A DNA stretch of 64,000 nucleotides from Candidatus Bathyarchaeota archaeon (GCA_963832745.1 CAWHVC010000002.1:64001-128000), one strand, 5' to 3'. Positions 31,229 to 42,839 are shown, counted from the first letter of the stretch. Made by a program: numbers and translations. The notes: a model not told the origin generated them from the letters alone.

Positions 31229-32652
31229 TTACTTTCTCTCAAAGCCGCAACATATTTTTCCATAGCAACCTTTCTTTCGAATTCATTCTCTATGCTTCGA
31301 ATACTTTCAAATGAAGGCAGTTGTTCGCGTATTATGGGCTTTTCAGGTGTGTATGGGCGCAATGAAACTAACTTTTCTTTTCCGGCTCCATGTGTGGTTG
31401 AAACGTATTTGTAAAGCAACAGTTTAGCAACGATTTTTTGTGCCATGCTTTGGCTAACCCCAGTGTCTTCAGCTATCGTCTTAATGTTAACATCTTTATG
31501 ATCCCGTAAATAACTAAGAATTGCAGAAGCGCATCGCTGTCGCTCAGAATCATCAAACAAGTTTGCCAGCATTGCACTTAAGTCTTCGAAAACCACATCA
31601 TTGTTAATTGTTTGCCTAGCCTAGGATTCTTTGATTGGCAACGACTTTTCCCGGTTTGCCTCGATGCACAATCCGATGTATTTTTTGAATACACGGAAAT
31701 TCCCGTTAGAAACTTCGGCGAGGTACTTCAATGCCTCATGCTCAAAGATTTCTGTATTTGGGTTGTTTAGTTCGTAACCTTTGATTAATTGATCGACAGA
31801 AAGCGGGTTGATTGTATATCTTTGGAATTTGCCCCAAAAGAAATGGTCGCTATTCATGATAAGCTCTTTTTGTGCCGTGATTATGAGATGTGTTCTTTCT
31901 TTAGCTCTCAAAGATTCATAGAACTCCTGAATCATAGCGATGTCATTATTCATTGCATTTGCATTTGAGCGGCTGTAATCAGGGAAATCCACAAGAAAGA
32001 CTCTAATGCCTGCCAAAAAGTCATTGAGTGCCTGTTCTTTCAGCGCTTTACATCGGGCCTTTCCGATAGTTTGTTCCATAAAAGGATAGTTTTTCTGTTT
32101 AATGCAGGCATCAGCGTCTATGATTCTTCGATTGCTTTGAACGATTGCTTTAAGGTTTTCTGCTTGATTTGTAAACTCTTTCTGCAATAGATCTTCGTAG
32201 AGGCTTGCAAGTTTTTCGTTGCATTGCCAGAGTTCTTCCCTCCAGTTTCTTGTCCATTTGATTTTTAGATTGCCTTTGACTTTTTGCGAAAGCTCGTATA
32301 TCAGACGGGTTTTACCGGTTCCTTGCAGCCCCTCAATCATTGTTAAGCTTTTGTCGGCAGTTTCTGTCTTGAAGACAATCGAGTGATAAAGCGGCGTTTC
32401 TAAAAATTTGTCTGTGGTTCCTACGGACTCGCCGACGTTAGATATTGCCCATCCGTAGATTTGTTTGAGGTTATCAGGTGTGCTTAGTGTCGGTATACTT
32501 CCGGAAATTGCATATCTATTATTCACTGTGCTGGTGTCCTCGTTTGCCATGGGTTGAGCTTTTTCCTGCAAAACCTCGATTTTACAATCTTTTGGCTCAT
32601 TTGAGCTTTCGTTTTGTTGGGGTTGAGATTTATTTTCTAAATTTTCAGACAT
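31195..32652 (-). CDS. AAA+ ATPase plus wHTH (Orc1/Cdc6-like architecture), with an in-frame TAG at 31621-31623
   Basis: GLQGTGKT, VFLVDFPD, SNGNFR; after the TAG the frame continues ARQTINND-VVFED into wHTH IKTIAEDTGVSQSMAQKIV. Confidence 0.65.
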
Positions 32653-32791
32653 ATTTTATACCTCAGATTTTCTTATGAATGAAGGAAAATCGGAATAGTT
32701 TTTAATACTCTACGAAAGCCCCAATCCACCAATTTCTATGGAAAATTTAATAATTTGGAGAGCCTGAGCCACTAATCAGGAGAGAGATAAA

Positions 32792-33460
32792 TTGCCGTTT
32801 AGCGATGAGCAGAAAATTGCTTATATTCAGGAAATCCTGAAGATTTGGTCTAATCGCGTTGACGAAAAACTGTCATTCACAACAATAATCAAGGAAGCTG
32901 AAAAGAAGGGAATGAAAAAGGATGCGTTGATGGATTACCTTAAAATATTGATGGGCGAAAAGGAGCTTTTTGGGGCAAAAAAGAAGGTTATTGAAAGAAT
33001 CAAAGTAGACGGAAAAAAGCCTATTTACAGGATAGCCTCCATTGATCTTTATTATGGTATTTTGGGAATTAGTAAAATTCAATGGGCGCCTCCCGAAGAA
33101 TATTTGCCGCTTTGTTACAAGGTTGGGGATGTTGTGGCTAAGGGTTTCAATGAGACCATTGAACTCCTTGGGGAAGATCAAACATTTCAGAAATCACAAA
33201 AACTGGAAAGGCTTAACAATTCAACACTTCGATTTATGGATACTCTTAAAGAAATTTATCTTGCGATTTTTTTGCTGATGCAACCTCGACTGATAAGTCA
33301 TTTAGATTGTTATGGCAAAATGTTACCGAAGTATTAAATGCTTACATGGAGTTATGGGTTTTAACGCAAGGCTTTGGGTGTCAAGACAGAATGGGCAAAC
33401 GTCTGGATGATCTAAAAGCAAAATTGATTGAGTATCTGCCGGGTGATATTGATGGTTATT
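32792..33460 (+). CDS. putative wHTH regulator, frameshifted C-terminus
   Basis: LSFTTIIKEAEKKGMKKDALMDYLKIL; divergent from the ATPase gene; 3' end approximate. Confidence 0.45.
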
Positions 33461-33750
33461 AAAACATAGATGCTATGTTTATCTAATTACAAAGCGCATT
33501 ACATGGCACTCGGTAGCCCTTGGTGCTCGAACTCGTGAATAAATTTTCTATAAACTATTGAGTATTTTTGTAAAGTTAGAAAGTTAGTGTTTTTCAAGTT
33601 GTTTGCCGTGAATGGTTACCTTGATTTCGGTTTGGGTTTCGATGGCATAGATGCATCCGCAGTCGGGCATTTGAACTGAACGATTCTTAGGTTCCCAGAA
33701 TCCTCGAGCCCGCAGATACTTGGAGTTCATTGAGGCGCATTCGGGGCAAG

Positions 33751-34014
33751 TCATTCCCATAGCCCCAACTTGTATCTTGATGTCAGGCGTTGCTCGTCAA
33801 GATAGTTTAAAACAGCCCAAATATGCTTGCACTGGGTATGGTGAAATCGGTAGTCTGGGCAGTCGCATTCCCAACTTTGCCCGGCTTTGATCACGGAATA
33901 CCCTGATTTGCCGGTTTGGGACTTGACGAAAAAGCTGCTCGGATTGATTTGTTCTATGTCTTCCGAGGAGATTTTGTCGCCCTTCTGTTTTCGGCTCAAT
34001 ATTTGGGTTGCCAT
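33751..34014 (-). CDS. SWIM zinc finger protein
   Basis: WECDCPDY......CKHIWAV. Confidence 0.85.
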   Translation of the reverse strand: MATQILSRKQKGDKISSEDIEQINPSSFFVKSQTGKSGYSVIKAGQSWECDCPDYRFHHTQCKHIWAVLNYLDEQRLTSRYKLGLWE

Positions 34015-34017
34015 ACG

Positions 34018-34082
34018 TTTCTACCTACAAATTCAATGCAAGTCACCGTATATTAGCTATTCTGCATATGTGTAGGTAGAAA
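34018..34082. promoter_or_regulatory. 12-bp perfect inverted repeat between divergent SWIM and AbrB genes
   Basis: tttctacctaca (34018-34029) and tgtaggtagaaa (34071-34082). Confidence 0.6.
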
Positions 34083-34121
34083 TAAATAAGCCTAGAAACA
34101 TAAATGTAAGCGGAGAACCAG

Positions 34122-34295
34122 ATGCCGCTAAAGTCCAAAACATCAATAGCCCGGCCCAAATCAAAGAGCCTAAGGGCAACCATACCTGAAGGAATAGTCG
34201 AATTTTTAAAATTACAACCCAGCGATACACTCGAATGGACAATGGAAACCGCTCAAGGAGAACGCGTCGCAACAGTCAAAAAAGCGAAAAATTAA
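34122..34295 (+). CDS. AbrB/MazE-type DNA-binding protein (57 aa)
   Basis: Manual translation MPLKSKTSIARPKSKSLRATIPEGIVEFLKLQPSDTLEW...; ggag RBS. Confidence 0.8.
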   Translation: MPLKSKTSIARPKSKSLRATIPEGIVEFLKLQPSDTLEWTMETAQGERVATVKKAKN

Positions 34296-34493
34296 GGTTT
34301 TTTCGAAAATTCGTTCACCAAAAATTCAACTTGACAGAAATGTTAGTCCCAAACTCCGGAGCTGGCTTGGGCACGCGGTCGCTTGAAAAAATTGCCGGAA
34401 AAATTGGGCTAAACTGAGTCATTGATTCAATGATTGGGCACCGCTCTATCTTAGGTTTCATCGTCTTTATGAAATCTTAACATTAGCACGTGG

Positions 34494-35498
34494 TTACATC
34501 GTTTTTATTGTTCCAGTCTTCATATAGAAATCAAAATAATCCTTAATCATTTTGTGCCTGCTTTCAATTGATGACCTACTGACTGCGGCTTGAATAATTA
34601 ACGATTGAAAATCAAGTATTTCCCGATATTCATGATCGTATTCCAAGCCCTTTGCCGTTTGGTAGTTAAGGGTATCCACAAAAAGTATGTAGAAATCGGT
34701 GAATTTAGAAAGAAGGTCAATATCTTTTTTCATCCGCAATTCTTCAAAGAACAGGTAACATGAAACTATGACTGCTCTGTTTTTTAGCCTAGTTAGTCGC
34801 TCTCCAAAGAGTTTGTTTAAATCGTCTAAAGTCTCTTTGATTTGTGTAACTTGCTTTTGGTGATAGGATAAGTCTTTGAAGTTCTCAAAGAAAGGAGCTA
34901 GCTCTTCGTACCTACCGCCATAAAAGATGCCATTTATCGCCCGATAAAACGAATTAATGCAAATAGTGGCAAACACCGTTTCCTTGGCAAACCTTCTATT
35001 CGGGATTCTTACTTTTATGAAGAACGGATGGTTTTTTCCAATGTCAAATACGAAATCATGGAGTTGCCCTTTTATTGCATTCAATTTTTCGCCTACATTA
35101 AGAGGAGCGCCCAATTGTAGCCTTAAGAAGAGTAATCTTAATTCCTCTTCGGTAGCTTGTGTGATTATAGCTAAAGTAAATTCATAGTTGCTGATGATTT
35201 CCCTCTCTTTTAGCGATAGATGGTCCCAATCTCGTCTGTCAGGAAGCGTAAGGTATCCATCAAAAAACTCAAACAACGACTCAATTCTCTGTCTGCCATC
35301 TATCACATCGTACTGATTATTTTTTGACTTGAATAAGTAAATTTTAGGGATGTCCAGTCCCTTTAGCATCGAATCGATTAGTAACTGTCTTTTCGCTTGG
35401 TTCCAGACAGTTGGCTCTCTTTGATAGTCAGGATATTGTATTAGAGACCGCTTCTGATAGAGCATTTCTGCTGACCAAGACTCAATAATTCGATTCAT
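34494..35498 (-). CDS. DUF262 (ParB/GmrS-like) protein
   Basis: PDYQRE..W, LIDSML.G..IP, VIDGRQR, LFLRLQLG. Confidence 0.85.
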   Translation of the reverse strand: MNRIIESWSAEMLYQKRSLIQYPDYQREPTVWNQAKRQLLIDSMLKGLDIPKIYLFKSKNNQYDVIDGRQRIESLFEFFDGYLTLPDRRDWDHLSLKEREIISNYEFTLAIITQATEEELRLLFLRLQLGAPLNVGEKLNAIKGQLHDFVFDIGKNHPFFIKVRIPNRRFAKETVFATICINSFYRAINGIFYGGRYEELAPFFENFKDLSYHQKQVTQIKETLDDLNKLFGERLTRLKNRAVIVSCYLFFEELRMKKDIDLLSKFTDFYILFVDTLNYQTAKGLEYDHEYREILDFQSLIIQAAVSRSSIESRHKMIKDYFDFYMKTGTIKTM

Positions 35499-36513
35499 TA
35501 GTTTTCTTCTCCCATTATTTTGTTAATATATTTCAATCTTTCAGTACATCGACCATTTTCCCTGAGGTAAGAAATCTTGCTCTTTAGCCAGCTTTCAAAG
35601 GGATTTTGGGTTCCATAACGTGCAATATCTTTGCAACCTTCCAATTCATTGAGGACTCTAACATTTTTCAGAAAACGGGTTCTGCCTCTTATTTCGAGAC
35701 CACCGTCTTGTGTGTTAATTAATTCGATTTGGTAGGCTTTACCGCTTTTTAATTGAGTGTTGAAAAGCAATGACATCAGACCCCAATCATTTTGGCTAAG
35801 CTTGCAACCAACTATTCTAAGGACATCACAATCTAGAATTTCAAAAGCTTTTCCCCATAGAGTATTAAAGGGATAGGAGTCTCTCACCTTTCCGATGCTA
35901 GGCGGCAACCATAACATATCGGTCTGCGTAACAGTCATAGCTTGCTCCTCGTCTATTGACACAAATGGAAAGCCTCTTTTCCAATTGAATGAGCCATGTA
36001 GTTTTATGAGGGGAATACTGTTAAAGTCTAATGTGTAATGGTGGCTTTCGCATCTGCACTTCATTACGTAGTTCACTCCATTATAGATTTCATTAAAGGC
36101 ATGGTCCAATAAGCTATCATAATTTAGAGAAATGGCGCCAACTATTCTTCGTTTTCACGAATGGATTTATGCATTTGAAGAAGTGCCATTTCAAGGGTGG
36201 GTTCTATCTGGGTATCATCTTTAACCAGATTTGCTTCAACAGTTTCACAAAAAAGAGATCTAAGAGTTTCTGCAGCTATATCATATTTCCGGGTTCTCAA
36301 AGTTTCAAGAAGGCTAATGTAATGCTCAATATCTATCTCAGACGACTCCGAAACATCTCTAAAGATTTCCTTTGTTGTCTTAAGCTTCTTAGCTTTCTTC
36401 ATTACTGCTTCTGAAATTTGAACAAGTGACAAAGGCTTCTCGAGACCATTAACGCTTGCCTCAGCCATAGTAGCCCCGGCGCCAAACAAATAAACTACTT
36501 TGATAGGGGGCAT
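35498..36513 (-). CDS. SIR2-like protein, frameshift near 36140
   Basis: YLFGAGA; next frame ISLNYDSLLD; LIKLHGSFNW; IVGCKL. Confidence 0.75.
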
Positions 36514-36650
36514 AGCGTATTATCTCTCCATGTAATTGGAACACCTTTGAAATAACTGACTTATTATTCTTGTGATAGAACAATAAAAGTCATCGAATCG
36601 GTTATTTGTTTGCTTCTACGGTAAATCGCGCTAACCATACAAGCAAAAAG

Positions 36651-37133
36651 TTACCAAGTTCCAGCTCTATCAGACCCATATATGCCACTTCTGCGCTTAG
36701 CTTTCATCGATTCAAGCAATATTTTTTGATAGTAACATTTGGGGCAAATTCCATTATTTCCATCATAGTAAGTATTAGTTATTGGATTTCCGCAATTCAT
36801 ACAAAATATGATATTTTCCACGATTGGTGTCTCTTTCTCTGGCACTTCGTTTTGGTCAATTTCATTAGAAACTGAACTGTTTTCAAGCGGCGTGGGAGCG
36901 AATATCTCTGTAATTCTCTCACGACCAGTGTCTTTTATCAACCGTTTTTCAACAAACAAGTTTGCAGGTATAAGATTCTCATGTTTGAGGTGTTCAATAA
37001 TTTTTTTTACCCGTGCTATTGGTAGATTGGTGCCAGCAGCAATTTGATTGATTTTAAATTCTGGATTATTTTTTAAACAAATGTATACTCTTCCGCAGTC
37101 CTCGAAATCTTGAACTGTAATTTGGGGTGCCAA
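36651..37133 (-). CDS. HTH plus zinc-ribbon hypothetical protein
   Basis: INQIAAGTNLPIARV; CMNC...CPKC. Confidence 0.55.
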   Translation of the reverse strand: MAPQITVQDFEDCGRVYICLKNNPEFKINQIAAGTNLPIARVKKIIEHLKHENLIPANLFVEKRLIKDTGRERITEIFAPTPLENSSVSNEIDQNEVPEKETPIVENIIFCMNCGNPITNTYYDGNNGICPKCYYQKILLESMKAKRRSGIYGSDRAGTW

Positions 37134-37221
37134 CCCTTAAACAACCTTCTATTTGATTGTTATTATTTTTATTTATAAACTTATAAAACTATGCAATATT
37201 GTGTTATTTTATATAGTAATT

Positions 37222-38253
37222 ATGAACAGTAATTGTGATTTGATATGTATTAGTGCCAAATTTTTCTTTAACGAAAGATTCATCTATGATGAAATACAAC
37301 TAACAAAAAGCAAGGGGTTATTACACGCAAGTACTGGACTTATTTAGCGGTGGTGGTGGGTTCGCTCGAGGTTTCAGCTACGAAGGGTTCAGTGTACTAG
37401 GCGTAGATTGCTCTGAATATGCTGGCAAAACTTTTGAATTAAACAGACTAGGCTGTTTTCGTTTAGCAGATCTATCAACGGAATTAATCGAAGGCAAGTT
37501 TGATGTAATTACGGGTGGTCCTCCATGTAAACCTTGGTCAGTTGTTAATACAACTAATGCCTTACCGCTCATCGAGATTTTGTTCTTGTTTCGCGTTATT
37601 TCAAGCATATAGAAAAAAATTGTCCAAAAATATTCATGCTTGAAAACGTTCCATTACTTGCCAAAGAGCCGATTATAGATCAGTATATTTCCGTTTTACG
37701 AAAAAATTTCGGTTATTCCATTCAAAGTAGAATAATTAGGTATAGTGATTACGGCGCTCCAACAAAAAGGCGAAGATTTCTACTTTTTGGTTCTAGGACG
37801 GTGAAGCAGATGACTTTTTTGATGAATTAAAAAAAAGAAAGCGTAAGCCTTCGACTGTAAAAGATGTCATTTGGCCTCTAAGAAATAGGCTACAAAACGA
37901 CTTACCTAATCACATATGGCCGAATTTAAAAACTATTGATAAATATTTGTATAAATATAAAACAGGCAAATTTGGCTGGTAAGATATCAAATTGGGACGA
38001 GCCAGCGCCATCTTTTGGCAATGTTATGAAAACGTATATTCTTCACCCCGATGCATTTTCGGGTGGAGAGAAGCGGGTTATTTCCGTTAAAGAAGCTTCT
38101 TTAATCATGGGCTTTGACAATAGTTTCCAGTTTCCAGATGATAAATTATTTGGGCATAAAATATCAAATGGTTGTCGATTCAGTCAGTCCTGTTTTTTCG
38201 AGAATAGCCGCTGAGATAATTAAAACTGACTTTTTAAGGGGGGCCAGTCATGA
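37222..38253 (+). CDS. drmMII: DNA (cytosine-5) methyltransferase, DISARM DrmMII-like; several frameshifts, ends approximate
   Basis: VLDLFSGGGG, GGPPCKPWS, MLENV, YGAPTKRRR, RVISVKEA..MGF. Confidence 0.8.
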
Positions 38254-38923
38254 TTAAAGGCGTCTCCATTTTTACAGAGCGACTCGTTTTTTGGTGGTCC
38301 AGAAATAAACGTCATTTCCCTTGGCGAGAAACAAATAACGCTTATGATATTCTTGTAGCTGAAATTTTACTTCATCGCACCAAAGCATCTCAGGTTGCAA
38401 AGTTATATCCTGAATTTTTGTGTGCTTTCCCAACTCCGCTGTCTTTGGCCGAGGGAGCACCCGATAACATTAAAAAAATACTTAACCCTTTAGGACTGCA
38501 TTGGCGTACCAAGCTAATTCATTGTATGGGTAAGGAAATTATAGAAAATTTAATGGAAGAATTCCTGAAGAAAAAAGTTTGTTGATGTCGCTTCCAGGCG
38601 TCAGCGATTATATTTCTTCGGCAGTTATGTGCTTTGCATATAATTACAATGTACCCCTTCTTGACACAAACACTGTACTAGTCATAGGACGTTTTCTCGA
38701 GATTAAAACAAATGACGGATCACGGCGAAGTAATCAATTTAGAAGGGCTTACTTGCAATTATATGATCAAACTAAGGCTACACCTAGGGAGTTCGCCTTT
38801 GCAATAATAGATTTTGCAGCACTTGTATGTTTACCCAAGAATCCATTATGCGACAAATGTGTAGTTGGCAGTATCTGCATGTACAAATCAAATATTGATA
38901 ATAAGAAAGAGGCGCTATTATGA
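38250..38923 (+). CDS. MutY/Mig-like HhH-GPD mismatch glycosylase, frameshifted
   Basis: RHFPWRET..AYDILVAEILL, LMSLPGVSDY, LDTN, CLPKNPLCDKC.....C. Confidence 0.85.
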
Positions 38924-41900
38924 GAGAAAAACTTGTCACAGAACTCGTAAAAGAAGTGCTTGGTCCACGAACAAATGACATTAGAGAAAAAATGGTTCTC
39001 AGTCCTGTTACAGAGTTTATTACTGGTGTTCTTGCTCCACAAGGCGCTCGTGAGATTCCAACGATTGATGATGACTTAGAAATTCCTGTTGAGGATACAC
39101 AAAATTATGAAGGCGAAACCGCAGACTCTGATGTCGATGCATTGCCTGTCTTTCAGCCAGCATTATATCCTAAGAGTAAACCATCTACCATAGGTTTATC
39201 TTTTGTTATAAGACACAATGGAGAACCAAGAATTGATGTTTGTTTAACTTGGGCAAGATATAAGGGAATAATTAATAAAAACGGTAAAGTTTCGGAGTGG
39301 CGAAGGGAACCAAAATTCTTTGTCCAGTCGATTCAACTATTAAAAACGACTGTTATTTTTATTGACACATTAGGCAGAATATGTGATAAAAACAATGCTG
39401 AAATATCTCTTCATATAGTCACGAATCCTCTCAGTAACGATACACGCTTAGTGCATCTTTATTTTGTTAATGAGTTACCGAATCCGCCTTCTGAGTCAGA
39501 AATAACTTCGGAAGATTGTATTTTTCAGCCACAAATACGTGTATGTAAAGGAAATACAGAACTAACGCAAGGGATAAGGAAAAAACCGGCTGGATCAGAG
39601 GAAAAAACTTTAGATTTTCTGTACAGAAATAGACCAATCCTATCTAGGGGGCATTTATGCTCAGCAGTTTGGAGAGATATTGATCCGCAAACGCCTAAAA
39701 AATGTAAATTAACATATCCCGAGTGTGCTGGAGAAATCCCATTTTTCTGGATTGATGGACCAATTCTTACAGAATATGGCTTGTCTGAAAAACAGAAACA
39801 TTTCTCAGAATGTGATGTTAGGACAGAGTTTATTCCCTTATATGCATTGGCAAATCCTGATCTCGAATGGCCAAAGGAGTTCAAGCGCGTCCCTGAACTT
39901 AAGGCATCTGCACTTTCGGAGACATGGAATATTGGCGAATTACAGTCTGCCTTCTATCCTATAATTCAAGAACTACAACAATGGATAGACGAATTAGAAC
40001 AAAAATCAAAGGATTATCTCGAAGATGATAAAGCATTAGCTATAGATTTGATCGCCGAATGTAAAGCCGCCAATAGTCGTATAGCGGATGGTATTGCGCT
40101 ATTATGTAACAATGAAGAAGCTCGATTAGCATTCTGTTTTGCAAACAAGGCAATAGCGCTCCAAGCAACGTGGGGGAAAAAGAAAGAATTCGTTTGGCGT
40201 CCATTTCAAATAGCCTTTATTTTAATGACAATCGAGTCTATATTCAACTCAAAATCCAAGCATAGATCTACCTGTGATGTACTCTGGGTTCCTACTGGTA
40301 CAGGAAAAACAGAAGCTTATTTAGCGCTTATCGCTTTTGCTATCGCTTTAAGAAGAAGAAATGCGTTGCTTAATTCAAACCAAGAATTAACCGGCGCTGG
40401 AGTATCAGTTATTACACGTTATACTCTACGATTGCTGACAATTCAGCAATTTAGAAGAACTCTATCTATGATTACTGCCTGCGAATACCTTCGAGTACAT
40501 AATTTAGGTGCAAGATCATCGGTGGGTTGGAGACCAATTAATTCTGCTAAAAAAGGCGATTTTATCTGGGGTTCAACTCCCTTTTCATGTGGATTATGGG
40601 TAGGCGGTAGTGTTTCTCCAAACAGGTTATCAGATCTTTACATACGTAAAACAAATCAGTATATCAGTGGAGCATTAAGCATATTGAAGGGGAACAGGGG
40701 TGAGGGAGAACCAGCGCAAGTACTTACCTGCCCTGCCTGCGGCGAAATCCTTGCAGTACCAGAAATGGGCCTCTCAACTGGCAATCATCAAATCCACCTT
40801 ATAATAAAACATGAAAAAGGCGATATACGCCTAATCATTCCAGCTCTTTCGGATAAATCCTTTGGCAATGCAAAAATTGTAGGTCCGCCTAGGGTTTTTG
40901 AACTTGAATCACAATCATACTACACATTAACCCTTACCTTAGCTGTCACAGGGTCGTTCAGCACTAAGGACTTAGATGCTTTTTGGGAAAAAATTTTAAC
41001 TATAATTGAGAAAAATGGTGTTAAACTTGAACTCGCCCCTATTAAGGCGTCTAGGAATGGATATTTTGAGAAAAAAACCGAAGGCTCAAAAAAGGGGTAT
41101 GATTTTGAAATATTTTGCCCTAGTCCTTCTTGTGAGTTAAACAGGATTTGGGTAGGTGGTCTACCCGCTGGTTCAATTGCAGACAATAGTCCAAGAAATT
41201 TTGCTCCGCATCCAGATGGTCATACAATTCCTTGTTTCCCTGATGGCAATAGACTCGTAGACATTCAAATGCCGTTTAGAAAAGCCGGTAACCTTCACAT
41301 TTCAAATCGAATACCGATACCCGCGCTAACAGTGGAAGAGCAAGTTTTTAGCAAATTACCTTCTGTTGTTGTAGCTACAGTTGATAAGTTTGCCCGCCCT
41401 CCATTTAATCCTCAAGCTGCAGGATTTTTTGGAAATGTGGACGCTCATAACAGTGTTCATGGATATTTTAGGAAAACGACATGGTTATCTTCGCAGGCTA
41501 AAACTCAAAAGTTAATCTATCAACTTTCTCCGCCTAACCTCATCGTGCAAGATGAGTTACACTTGATTGAAGGTCCTTTGGGAAGTTTAGTTGGCTTGTA
41601 TGAAACGGCAATAGATTTTCTTTCCAGTGAAACAAATAAAAATCCTGTCAAATATGTTGCTTCAACAGCCACTATCCGAAGTGCTCATGATCAAACTATG
41701 GCAATTTTCCACAGGAGCCTTCAACTATTTCCTCCACGAGGATTAGATGCAAGTAAACGATTTTTTATAACTGAGAAAGATACACATGTCTTAGATGATT
41801 CTTCGGCAGGTAGATTGTACCTTGGGATTTGTGCACCCGGAAGGGGACCTTTGACTCCTCTTGTGCGTATTTATAGCAGGCTATTATTCACAGTTGGGAC

Positions 41901-42837
41901 GTATACTTCTTGCCCATCAATAGACGATTTTTGGACGTTAACAGGATACTTTAACGCCATAAGAGAGCTAGGTGGTGCAAGGGCTTTGTATAGACAAGAC
42001 ATTCCTCAAAGAATTTATGCTATAGCGGAAAATGAGCGCCAACCACCTCGTAATTTAGATGACAGCAATGTAATTGAATTGTCTAGTAGAGGTAACTCGA
42101 ATGATCTTCCCGCAATTCTTCGAATTTTAGAACAAAGTTGCTATCCAAACGCTCCTGATGCATTATTCACTACCTCTATGTTTGGAACCGGCATTGATGT
42201 ATCGCGAATTGGTTTAATGATTGTAAATGGACAGCCAAAAACTACTTCCGCATATATACAATCTACAGGACGTGTTGGTCGCAAAAATGCTGCTCTTGTA
42301 GTAACATTTCTCAGAGCTTCAAGACCACGTGACCTTAACCATTATGAATTCTTTGAAGGGTATCATAGTCAACTTCATCGGTATGTTGAGCCCACGACTG
42401 TGTATCCGTTCTCTCCCGGTGCACTTGAAAGAGCCTTAGGCCCAGTTATGGTTTTCATCCTTAGAAATATGCGAACATGTGCTATTGAATGGAGTGATTC
42501 AGAAAGCGCTCATAAAATGGATACTGCACTAACCACTTGCATAGAAGTTAAAAGATTGCCGGATATATTTGAGACTAGAGCTCAAGGTCAACCGAAACAC
42601 CGTAAGCCTATGCCGACTATTGTTCAAAAACTCGCTCAATCAAGACTTGCATTATGGCAATCAATTGCGGTTATTACAAAACAAAATCTAAAGTACAGCG
42701 AATATAATCAGGTTGAAAAACACGTCGTTTTAGGTGATTATAGACATCTTCACTCTCTCAAAGAAGTAGTGTACAAAAATGCGCCACAATCTCTGCGAGA
42801 TATTGAAGAAACAACTGGATTCCAAACAAGGGGATAA
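38920..42837 (+). CDS. drmA: DISARM helicase DrmA
   Basis: WRPFQIAF, PTGTGKTEAY, RYTLRLLTIQQF, QDELHLI.GPLGS, YIQSTGRVGR. Confidence 0.92.
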   Translation: MREKLVTELVKEVLGPRTNDIREKMVLSPVTEFITGVLAPQGAREIPTIDDDLEIPVEDTQNYEGETADSDVDALPVFQPALYPKSKPSTIGLSFVIRHNGEPRIDVCLTWARYKGIINKNGKVSEWRREPKFFVQSIQLLKTTVIFIDTLGRICDKNNAEISLHIVTNPLSNDTRLVHLYFVNELPNPPSESEITSEDCIFQPQIRVCKGNTELTQGIRKKPAGSEEKTLDFLYRNRPILSRGHLCSAVWRDIDPQTPKKCKLTYPECAGEIPFFWIDGPILTEYGLSEKQKHFSECDVRTEFIPLYALANPDLEWPKEFKRVPELKASALSETWNIGELQSAFYPIIQELQQWIDELEQKSKDYLEDDKALAIDLIAECKAANSRIADGIALLCNNEEARLAFCFANKAIALQATWGKKKEFVWRPFQIAFILMTIESIFNSKSKHRSTCDVLWVPTGTGKTEAYLALIAFAIALRRRNALLNSNQELTGAGVSVITRYTLRLLTIQQFRRTLSMITACEYLRVHNLGARSSVGWRPINSAKKGDFIWGSTPFSCGLWVGGSVSPNRLSDLYIRKTNQYISGALSILKGNRGEGEPAQVLTCPACGEILAVPEMGLSTGNHQIHLIIKHEKGDIRLIIPALSDKSFGNAKIVGPPRVFELESQSYYTLTLTLAVTGSFSTKDLDAFWEKILTIIEKNGVKLELAPIKASRNGYFEKKTEGSKKGYDFEIFCPSPSCELNRIWVGGLPAGSIADNSPRNFAPHPDGHTIPCFPDGNRLVDIQMPFRKAGNLHISNRIPIPALTVEEQVFSKLPSVVVATVDKFARPPFNPQAAGFFGNVDAHNSVHGYFRKTTWLSSQAKTQKLIYQLSPPNLIVQDELHLIEGPLGSLVGLYETAIDFLSSETNKNPVKYVASTATIRSAHDQTMAIFHRSLQLFPPRGLDASKRFFITEKDTHVLDDSSAGRLYLGICAPGRGPLTPLVRIYSRLLFTVGTYTSCPSIDDFWTLTGYFNAIRELGGARALYRQDIPQRIYAIAENERQPPRNLDDSNVIELSSRGNSNDLPAILRILEQSCYPNAPDALFTTSMFGTGIDVSRIGLMIVNGQPKTTSAYIQSTGRVGRKNAALVVTFLRASRPRDLNHYEFFEGYHSQLHRYVEPTTVYPFSPGALERALGPVMVFILRNMRTCAIEWSDSESAHKMDTALTTCIEVKRLPDIFETRAQGQPKHRKPMPTIVQKLAQSRLALWQSIAVITKQNLKYSEYNQVEKHVVLGDYRHLHSLKEVVYKNAPQSLRDIEETTGFQTRG

Positions 42838-42839
42838 AT

